NCBI GenBank assembly: GCA_043809585.1
Contig: JBDROZ010000025.1
Coordinates: 1 to 64,000, forward strand
Direction: 5' to 3'
DNA length: 64,000 nucleotides
DNA from: Candidatus Eiseniibacteriota bacterium
GTDB taxonomy: Bacteria; Orphanbacterota; Orphanbacteria; Orphanbacterales; Orphanbacteraceae
Part shown: piece after piece, positions 57,151-64,000 of the stretch
Layout of the letters: every line of letters starts with the position of its first letter
Numbering within the stretch: position 1 is the stretch's first letter
Translations under genes and position numbers: made by a program
The notes under the pieces: model-generated
Told to the model about the DNA's origin: nothing
Database searches by the model: none
Seen by the model: the letters and a program-made list of their open reading frames with translations, nothing else

Positions 57151-58884
57151 TCACCGAAGTAGAATCAGACGCTGGCTCTCGACCTCCTCCCCGTCCTGGA
57201 GCCGCACGAAGTAGACGCCGGAGGGTGCGCGCCTTCCGGATTGGTCGCGGCCGTCCCACTCAAGAACGTGGCTCCCCCGGCCATAGCGATCGTTCGTGAG
57301 CCGCCGCACGAGTCGTCCACCGATCGAGTAAACATCGAGAGAGACTGATCCCTCGTCGGGAATATCGAAGAGAAGCGTCGAAGCCTCGCGCGCCGGATTC
57401 GGATAGAGGAGAAGGGATGGCCTTGCGCCACCGGGCAAAGAAGAAATGCCGGTCGTAACCGCCAGGCGTTTGCCCGCGTATAGGTCACGATTGCCTGCGC
57501 GTTCGTCCACCCAGAAGAACAGGGCAGACAGCGAATCCGTTATGAACGGCCGTGGGCGTATTTGATTCTGTTCCGCGCAGCAGATCACCTCCCCGTCGAT
57601 TGTCCAGAGGGGATTGCCGGCCCCATCGAGGTACTGGGAGTAGATGTCCATCCCGTTCGTTGTTCCGTTGCGTAGGTCCTCCCAGACGACGAACGCGCCT
57701 CCGAGACTATCGCTCTCGATCACCGGGTTCGCCTGGTACGCCGGGTCCGCGCAGACCGGGATACCGCCTGTTCCCCATAGGGCCTGACCCGCACTATTCA
57801 GGCGTTGTGCGTAGACGTCCTGGTCGCCCGACAATGACAAGATTATCCAGGAAACGAACGCCCCTCCGGAACCATCGGAGGTAATCGAAGGGGTATAGCT
57901 GCCGTATTCACCGAGCACAGAGCCTCCCACCAGAAGACCATCGGAATCCCACACGGGACCTGAGACCGGATCGAGCCGCTGGGCATAGACGAACGCCCCG
58001 AGGCCGTATTCCGCCCAATGCCAAACCACATAGGCCCCGCCGAGGCCGTCGCCGATGATCTCCGCATATGAGTATCCCCCGGCATTCCCCAGCCGGCCGA
58101 TGCGAGCACCGTTTGAAGGCCATCCGGAAACGCTGTCGCCCGACGCCGTAATGTGTTGCGCATAGACCGAACCCAATTCCTCCCACACGATGAATGCTCC
58201 CCCGACCCCGTCGCTCGTCGTTTGAGGGAGAGCTACAGAGGACCCCACCCGAGTCGAGACTCTGGTGCCAGAGGCCCCCCAAAGCAGGTTTCCGTCCGCA
58301 TCGACCCGCTGGGCGTAGATGTCGGTGTCCTGCTCGTTAGGGTGGCTGGAGCGGTAGTCCATCCACGCGACGATCGCTCCGCCGGCACCATCCATGGCCA
58401 GAGTTGGTAATATTTGCGAACTGTCACTATCGCATAACAGGTGGCCGTCTGGAGTCCAGAGTGGTGTTCCCAGAGAGTCGACTCGCTGGGCGTAGATGTT
58501 CCAGCCCGCTCCAATCCGCAAGTCATCCCACACCATGATGGCGCCGCCGTCGCCGTCGCCGATGATCTTATGTTCTTTAGTCGCCCCCCCCGCATTGAAT
58601 CTGAGATCAGTCGGGGCCGTACAGATCGGCACGCCGCCGGCCTGCCAGAGAGTGTCCCCGACTGCGTCGATCCGTTGTGCGTAGATATCGAATATCACTC
58701 CATCTCGAAAGTCCGGCCACATGATGATCGCGCCGCCAGCGCCATCGTTCGTTGCATACATCAAGCCTTGTTGCCCCGGCGCGTCGCAGACGACATTCCC
58801 GTTCGGTGCCCAATCGGCGTGCGCGTGGATTCCTGCTACCAGAGTGAGACCAACGGCGAAAACGAGAGAGGGTGATCTGCCCAT
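57151..58884 (-). CDS. Secreted ~8-repeat beta-propeller protein with C-terminal FlgD-Ig/T9SS-type domain
   Basis: Signal peptide MGRSPSLVFAVGLTLVAGIHAHA; repeats DG.GGA...W.D.R....DIYAQR.D..G..LW...G..IC; C-terminus LYPNP...VYSIGGRLVRRL...WDGRD..G...PSGVYFVRL...LILLR; GAGGAG SD. Confidence 0.9.
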   Translation of the reverse strand: MGRSPSLVFAVGLTLVAGIHAHADWAPNGNVVCDAPGQQGLMYATNDGAGGAIIMWPDFRDGVIFDIYAQRIDAVGDTLWQAGGVPICTAPTDLRFNAGGATKEHKIIGDGDGGAIMVWDDLRIGAGWNIYAQRVDSLGTPLWTPDGHLLCDSDSSQILPTLAMDGAGGAIVAWMDYRSSHPNEQDTDIYAQRVDADGNLLWGASGTRVSTRVGSSVALPQTTSDGVGGAFIVWEELGSVYAQHITASGDSVSGWPSNGARIGRLGNAGGYSYAEIIGDGLGGAYVVWHWAEYGLGAFVYAQRLDPVSGPVWDSDGLLVGGSVLGEYGSYTPSITSDGSGGAFVSWIILSLSGDQDVYAQRLNSAGQALWGTGGIPVCADPAYQANPVIESDSLGGAFVVWEDLRNGTTNGMDIYSQYLDGAGNPLWTIDGEVICCAEQNQIRPRPFITDSLSALFFWVDERAGNRDLYAGKRLAVTTGISSLPGGARPSLLLYPNPAREASTLLFDIPDEGSVSLDVYSIGGRLVRRLTNDRYGRGSHVLEWDGRDQSGRRAPSGVYFVRLQDGEEVESQRLILLR

Positions 58885-59057
58885 TGTCTTCTCCTCCCCG
58901 AAGGGCGGGTTGCCTCCGGCCCACGGTCCCTTGCGACACCGACGACTCACCGATATGAATGACTAAAGGGAGGAGATGACCGATGGGACCGGCCAGCACT
59001 TCCCCGGGAACAAGGTCTGGCCACCGCTCAACCACAAGGGTAAACTCGATGTTGTAG

Positions 59058-59086
59058 AGCATATCAGACATGAAGGTGCAGTGCAA
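59058..59086 (-). promoter_or_regulatory. Putative sigma70 promoter of the propeller gene
   Basis: TTGCAC-17 bp-TATGCT with a TG extended -10. Confidence 0.55.
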
Positions 59087-59113
59087 CACATTGGGGAGCT
59101 TGGCCCTGTTCCT

Positions 59114-59238
59114 AACCAGATACCCCATTCCCGCTATTCCTTTCGGAACCAGATACCCCTTCGCATCGGTAAGTTCGGGGACGTAGTTCCGTTGCTTCCG
59201 TTGACGTGACTTGCGAGACGAACGGAACTACGTCCCCG
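59114..59238. repeat. Short REP-like repeats: 13-bp direct pair and 18-bp perfect inverted pair
   Basis: AACCAGATACCCC at 59114 and 59147; CGGGGACGTAGTTCCGTT (59176) / AACGGAACTACGTCCCCG (59221). Confidence 0.85.
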
Positions 59239-59254
59239 GGTCGGGGGGAGGACG

Positions 59255-59591
59255 AGCGCGACACAGACGCTGCTCTTCTCAGAGCGCCCGGGTGGGCGGA
59301 CGCCTCTTCTTCCCTTTTCAAACGGGAGTTCGAGGCTCTCCCCGGTTCGCCCTTCGATACGAACCTTCGGTCCTGTTCAGGACGAACGGGATCTCTAAAT
59401 CCTGTTTCGGCAGTCCTTGCTGATCATTCCCAGCCACGGGCGGGTGGCCGGGGTGTTGGGTGGGGGGATGAAGCGGCGAGTTGCCGGGAGCGCCGGTGGG
59501 CTTCGACCCGGCCATCGGAAGATCGAGTAGGCGCGGACGGCTTGTCTGAGCCGCCATCCCCCCACCCACGCCCCGGACAGGATCTGCCCGT
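59255..59591 (-). repeat. Right mosaic repeat block (A', B', C'), inverted relative to 56414-56965
   Basis: The reverse complement of 59436-59591 matches element A closely; B' at 59342-59390; C' at 59255-59310. Confidence 0.85.
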
Positions 59592-59619
59592 GCGACTACG
59601 ACTCAGCCCGAACTCCCGC

Positions 59620-61377
59620 CTACTTCTTCTTCATCTGCAGCCCGAGGTCATCCAGCAGCGCCGGATCCACATCCGACGGGCAGCCGTCCATGAGAGAGAG
59701 CCCGCTCATCGTCTTCGGAAACGCGATCACGTCCCGGATCGACTCGCCGCCCGTCAGGATCTGCACGATCCGGTCCCAACCGAACGCGATCCCCCCGTGG
59801 GGGGGCGCGCCGAATTTCAGGGAGTTCAGGAGAAACCCGAACCGCCGGTCCTGGTCCTCCCCCTTGATCCCGACAACCTCCATGATCTGCCGCTGCACCT
59901 CCGGGTCGTGATTACGGATCGAACCCGACGCGATCTCCACCCCGTTCAGCACCATGTCGTAGAGATGCCCGTGCACCTTCCCCGGATCGCTCGCGAGGAA
60001 CTCCGCCTCCTCCTCGAAAGGCATCGTGAACATGTGGTGCGCCGGCTCCCACCGCTCCTCCTCCTCGCTCCACTCGAAGAGGGGGAACTTGTTCACCCAG
60101 AGGAACCGGACCGCCCCCTTCTCCGCGAGATCGAGGCGCCGCCCCACCTCCACCCGGACCGCGCCGAGAGAAGTGAGCGCCTTCTTCCACGGCCCGGCGA
60201 TCATGAGAACCAGGTCCCCCTCCTTCGCGCCGAGGGCCCCCGTCAGCTTTTCGAAGTCGAAGAACTTCCCGACGCCGCCGTCGAACCCCCCCCCTTTCAC
60301 CCGGGTCCACGCCAGACCGTGGGCGCCATGTTTCTTGGCGAGCTCTTCGAGCGTGTCGATCTCCTTACGGGAGAACGACGCCCCTCCCGACACCACGAAG
60401 CCCCGTACCGCCCCGTCCTTCCCTTCCAGCACCCCGTGAAACGCCTTGAACTCCGACGCCCGCGCCGCCTCGTCGAGGTTCACCAGATCCAAATCGAACC
60501 GGACGTCCGGCTTGTCGCTCCCGTACCGCTCCATCGCCTCGTGATAGTTCAGGATCGGGATGGGAGTCGGTATGTCGACACCGAGCGTCTCCTTCCAGAC
60601 CGCCGCCATCAACCCTTCCATGATGCGGAAGACCTCAGCCTCCGTCGTGAAGGAGATCTCGATGTCGATCTGCGTGAACTCCGGCTGCCGGTCCGCGCGG
60701 AGGTCCTCGTCCCGGAGACACTTGGCGAGCTGGAAGTAACGGTCGAAGCCGGAGATCATCAGGATCTGCTTGTAGATCTGGGGGGACTGGGGGAGGGAGT
60801 AGAACTTCCCCGGATGAACGCGGCTCGGCACGAGGTAGTCCCGCGCCCCCTCCGGCGAGTTCCGGACGAGAAGGGGCGTCTCGATCTCGAGGAAGCCGCG
60901 ATCGACGAGGTAGCGCCGGACCGCCTGGGAGGCGACGCTTCTCTGGACGATGCGCCGGGACATCACCTCCCGCCGGAGGTCGAGGAAGCGGTACGTGAGG
61001 CGCATCTCGTCGGTGGCGTCCACCTCCTCCTCGATGACGAAGGGGGGCGTCTCGGAGCGGTTCAGCACCCGGAGCTCCGACGCCACCACCTCGACGCCGC
61101 CGGTCGGCAGGTTCTTGTTGCGGAGCCCCTCGGGGCGCTCCCGGACCTTCCCGGCCACGGCGACCACGTACTCCCTCTTCAACTCCCTCGCTTCGCCGAG
61201 ATCGACCGGGCCGTCCGGCTCGAACACCACCTGCGTCAGGCCGAACCGGTCCCGGAGGTCGAAGAAGAAGATGCCGCCCTGATCCCGCATTCGGTGGACC
61301 CATCCCATGAGCACCACCTCTTCCCCGGCGTGCCCGGCCCGTAGCTCTCCGCAGTTGTGGGTTCGGGTCCCTTTCAT
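59620..61377 (-). CDS. aspS: Aspartate--tRNA ligase
   Basis: RTHNCGEL, F.DLRD, YRFLDLR, PEGARDYLVP, LPQSPQ, RDEDLRADRQPEFTQID, GAPPHGGIAFG.DR, IRDVIAFPK. Confidence 0.97.
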   Translation of the reverse strand: MKGTRTHNCGELRAGHAGEEVVLMGWVHRMRDQGGIFFFDLRDRFGLTQVVFEPDGPVDLGEARELKREYVVAVAGKVRERPEGLRNKNLPTGGVEVVASELRVLNRSETPPFVIEEEVDATDEMRLTYRFLDLRREVMSRRIVQRSVASQAVRRYLVDRGFLEIETPLLVRNSPEGARDYLVPSRVHPGKFYSLPQSPQIYKQILMISGFDRYFQLAKCLRDEDLRADRQPEFTQIDIEISFTTEAEVFRIMEGLMAAVWKETLGVDIPTPIPILNYHEAMERYGSDKPDVRFDLDLVNLDEAARASEFKAFHGVLEGKDGAVRGFVVSGGASFSRKEIDTLEELAKKHGAHGLAWTRVKGGGFDGGVGKFFDFEKLTGALGAKEGDLVLMIAGPWKKALTSLGAVRVEVGRRLDLAEKGAVRFLWVNKFPLFEWSEEEERWEPAHHMFTMPFEEEAEFLASDPGKVHGHLYDMVLNGVEIASGSIRNHDPEVQRQIMEVVGIKGEDQDRRFGFLLNSLKFGAPPHGGIAFGWDRIVQILTGGESIRDVIAFPKTMSGLSLMDGCPSDVDPALLDDLGLQMKKK

Positions 61378-62639
61378 CCCATCGACTCCTTCTCGATCTC
61401 GTCTTCCAACCGGTCCCTCCGGACCGTGGTCTGCTCGCCCGTGTCCAGCCGTTTCACGGTCACCGTCCCCGACGCGAGTTCCTCCTCGCCGAGGAGGATG
61501 AGCAGGTCCGCCCCCGCCCTGTTCGCGTGCTTCAAGACGGTCTTCAGATTGCGTGTCTTGTTCGACCCGTCCGCGTGGTACCGGTCCCGAAGTCCCGTGA
61601 TCAGGGGGAAGATCTCCCCTTCGGCCCCCTCGGCGAGGGGGGCCACGAAGAGCCGCACCTCCTTCTCCGTTTCCCACGCGATGCCGAGCTCCTCCGCCAC
61701 CGTCACGATCCTCTCCATGCCGGCCGAGAAGCCGACTCCGGGGGTCCGGGGCCCGCCGAGTTCCTCCACGAGCCCGTCGTACCGGCCGCCCCCGCCGAGG
61801 GCGCTCTGGGCGCCGAGCTTCTCGTGGTGGATCTCGTAAACGGTCCTCGTGTAGTAGTCGAGCCCCCGCACGAGGGCGTCGTCCCGTTCGTGCCGGATGC
61901 CGGCGCCGCGGAGGGCGCTTCGCACCTCCTCGAGGTGCCTCCCGCACTCGTCGCAGAGGTGATCGAGGAAGGGGGGCACCCCCTCGATCACCGCCCGGTC
62001 CTCCGTCTCCTTGCTGTCGAGGACCCGAAGCGGATTCCGTTCGAGCCGCTCCCGGCTGAGTTCCGAGAGATCCCCCGCCCGGTCCCGGAGATACGCGACC
62101 AACAAGTCGACGTACTTCGGGCGGCAGGCTGGGTCGCCGACGGAGCCGAGCCTGACGGTCACCTCGTCGAGGCCGAGAACACGAAGGATCTGGACGAAGA
62201 CGGCGATCGTCTCGGCGTCGTAGAAGGCTTCCTCCGAACCGAGCACCTCGATGCCGAACTGGTGGAACTGCCGGAAGCGCCCCTTCTGGGGACGCTCGTA
62301 GCGGAACATGGGGCCCATATAGAAGTACCGGGCGATCGGCCGCTCCCGGCCGAGATTGTGCTCGAGGTAGGCCCGGCAGACCGACGCGGTCCCCTCGGGG
62401 CGGAGGGTCAGGCTCCGTCCCTTCCGGTCGGGGAACGTGTACATCTCCGTCTGGACGATGTCCGTGTCGCTCCCGATCCCCCGGGCGAAAAGCTCCGTCG
62501 CCTCGAACAGGGGTGTCCGGATCTCCTCGTACCCGGCCCGGCCCGCCACCATCCGCACGCCGTCCTCCATGATCCGCCAACGGTCCACGACGGGACCGAA
62601 TAGGTCCTGGGTCCCCCGAATCGCCTTGATACGCGCCAC
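61374..62639 (-). CDS. hisS: Histidine--tRNA ligase
   Basis: RGTQD, TPLFE, EMYTF, LRPEGTA, FRYERPQKGR.RQFHQ, LVRGLDYY, GGGRYDGL, G.ER; GTG start 62639. Confidence 0.97.
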   Translation of the reverse strand: MARIKAIRGTQDLFGPVVDRWRIMEDGVRMVAGRAGYEEIRTPLFEATELFARGIGSDTDIVQTEMYTFPDRKGRSLTLRPEGTASVCRAYLEHNLGRERPIARYFYMGPMFRYERPQKGRFRQFHQFGIEVLGSEEAFYDAETIAVFVQILRVLGLDEVTVRLGSVGDPACRPKYVDLLVAYLRDRAGDLSELSRERLERNPLRVLDSKETEDRAVIEGVPPFLDHLCDECGRHLEEVRSALRGAGIRHERDDALVRGLDYYTRTVYEIHHEKLGAQSALGGGGRYDGLVEELGGPRTPGVGFSAGMERIVTVAEELGIAWETEKEVRLFVAPLAEGAEGEIFPLITGLRDRYHADGSNKTRNLKTVLKHANRAGADLLILLGEEELASGTVTVKRLDTGEQTTVRRDRLEDEIEKESMG

Positions 62640-62644
62640 TGGTT

Positions 62645-63028
62645 CTATCCCTCTCGTTTCTTTCGCGCCCGGGTTTCCTGGATGACCTGGGCGATCGCGA
62701 CACCGGCGCCGTCGGCGAGCCAGTCGTTCCGGTCCCGACTCCGGCCGACGGTCCCCTGGTAGAATTCGTCGATGGCGCCGTAGAGGAGGCCGCCCGCGAT
62801 CACGATCGCCCACGCCCACCGGCGGAGACCGGGGCGGGCCGACCGGCGGAGGACATCCCCCCAGAGCCAGGCGAGGATCCCGTATTCGATCAGGTGGAAG
62901 ATCTTGTCGTAATGGAAGAGCGGTGGGGCCTGCTCCGGCAGCCTCGGGATCGACGACACCCCGATGATGAGAAGCGTCCAGGCGATCGCGAGAGGCAGCC
63001 TCGGAATCTTCCACCCTTTCCCGAACAT
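62645..63028 (-). CDS. VanZ-family membrane protein
   Basis: DKIFH...YGIL, YGAIDE.YQ..V.R.....DW.AD..G. Confidence 0.88.
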   Translation of the reverse strand: MFGKGWKIPRLPLAIAWTLLIIGVSSIPRLPEQAPPLFHYDKIFHLIEYGILAWLWGDVLRRSARPGLRRWAWAIVIAGGLLYGAIDEFYQGTVGRSRDRNDWLADGAGVAIAQVIQETRARKKREG

Positions 63029-63082
63029 TCTGGGGGCCTCCCGCCCGGCGCCGGGAGAGCCCGCGCCCGTTCTCTGAGAATG

Positions 63083-63111
63083 ACGCTAGCATCCGCCATG
63101 CGCCCGGTCAA
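63083..63111 (-). promoter_or_regulatory. Possible promoter of the VanZ-hisS-aspS genes
   Basis: TTGACC-17 bp-TAGCGT with a TG extended -10. Confidence 0.4.
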
Positions 63112-63127
63112 GGAGGGGTGGCGGCCG

Positions 63128-64000
63128 CTAGAGTTTCACCGCCTCTTCGACGAGACGCCGCCGGACGAGGTCTACGTCGTCCGCCGTCGTCCGGATGTTT
63201 CCGATGGTGACCCGGAGGGCGTAGCGCCCCTTCAGGACCGCGTGGGAGAGGTAGGCGTCACCGCTTCGGTTGATCCCCTCCAGGATCGACCCGTTCTTCG
63301 CCACGAGCTCCTCTTCCCCCTTCGTCGTCCCCCCCCCTCCCCGGTGCCGGAAACAGACCGTCGAGAAGGGGGTCGGGGCGAGGCGTTCCCACTCCTCCTC
63401 GCCGTCCACCCAATCGGCGAACCGGCGGGCGAGATCACAGTGAAACCGGATCCGCTCCTCGATCCCCTTCCTGCCGAAGGCGCGGAGCACGAACCAGAGC
63501 TTGAGCGCCCGGAAGCGGCGTCCGAGCTGGAAGCCGTAGTCCATCGGGTCGTCCGCCCGCTCCCCGGTGCGGAGATACTCGGGAAGGATCGAGAAGGCCC
63601 GGCGGAAGGCCTCGGCATCCTTGAAATAGAAAGCGCTTGCGTCGACGGGGGTGAAGATCCACTTGTGGGGGTTCACGACGATCGTGTCCGCCCGCTCCCA
63701 CCCGGCGAAGAGCCCCCGCTTCTCCGGGAGAAACGCGGCCGCCCCGGCGTAGGCGCCGTCGGCGTGGAGCCAGAGATTCTCCTCCTCGCAGAGGTCGGCG
63801 ATCCCGTGCATCGGATCGACGCCGTTCGCCGCCGTCGTGCCGAGGGTGGCGACCACGGCGAAGGGGCTCCGTCCCGCCCCCCGGTCGACCCGGACCGATT
63901 CCCGAAGCGCGGCGACATCCATCCGGTAGTTCCGGTCCGACGGCACCCGCACCACGTGGTCGAGTCCGAGCCCGAGGATGACGGCCGCCTTCTCCACCGA
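63128..64000 (-). CDS. Group II PLP-dependent decarboxylase (aromatic amino acid decarboxylase-like), 5' part outside the window
   Basis: VATLGTT, WLHADGAYAG, NPHKW (PLP lysine), LGRRFRALKLW, VCFR. Confidence 0.92.
   Translation of the reverse strand, partial: SVEKAAVILGLGLDHVVRVPSDRNYRMDVAALRESVRVDRGAGRSPFAVVATLGTTAANGVDPMHGIADLCEEENLWLHADGAYAGAAAFLPEKRGLFAGWERADTIVVNPHKWIFTPVDASAFYFKDAEAFRRAFSILPEYLRTGERADDPMDYGFQLGRRFRALKLWFVLRAFGRKGIEERIRFHCDLARRFADWVDGEEEWERLAPTPFSTVCFRHRGGGGTTKGEEELVAKNGSILEGINRSGDAYLSHAVLKGRYALRVTIGNIRTTADDVDLVRRRLVEEAVKL

Noticed and set aside
56436-59569. Twin small ORFs MGGGMAAQTSRPRL... (56436-56639 + and 59318-59569 -)
   Set aside because: They are translations of repeat element A, with no SD and divergent ends.

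Overview
High-GC bacterial chromosome segment, almost all on the minus strand. The gene content (FlgD-Ig/T9SS-type C-terminal sorting domains, many lipoproteins, glyQS, pgpH) suggests an uncultured FCB-superphylum lineage such as Eisenbacteria, Latescibacterota or Krumholzibacteriota; this is inference only. Layout: (1) 0.5-3.5 kb, ppdK split by one extra base in a G6 run and ending in a lysine/arginine-rich histone-like repeat tail. (2) 3.9-24.7 kb, seven secreted or lipoprotein genes (a 2207-aa six-module beta-helix protein, a 1170-aa candidate major surface protein, LVIVD, FN3-like, PD40/PEGA and TPR proteins) plus a Rhizobium-type asparaginase. These exported proteins are strongly enriched in the D-(S/T)-(A/I/L/V/M/T) O-glycosylation sequon. 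(3) 25-39 kb, a polyprenol-phosphate-dependent glycosylation locus: one GT2, one flippase-like protein, five GT-C/YfhO proteins (one with TPRs) and one alkaline-phosphatase-family protein. (4) 39-52.7 kb, glyS-glyQ-recO-mgtE-DUF502-CorC-like-MFS/spermidine synthase-ybeY-pgpH-phoH, apparently continuous with block 3. (5) 53-64 kb, FkbM methyltransferase, YyaL, a repeat-bracketed beta-propeller gene, aspS, hisS, VanZ and a partial PLP decarboxylase. Non-coding features include a two-copy TA-flanked MITE-like family with compensatory stem changes, large inverted mosaic repeats, several REP-like palindromes and near-consensus sigma70 promoters. I saw no rRNA, tRNA, CRISPR array or transposase. The best candidate for an undescribed system is the glycosylation locus lying next to its sequon-rich putative substrates. 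All calls come from motif recognition and hand counts; no database searches were run.
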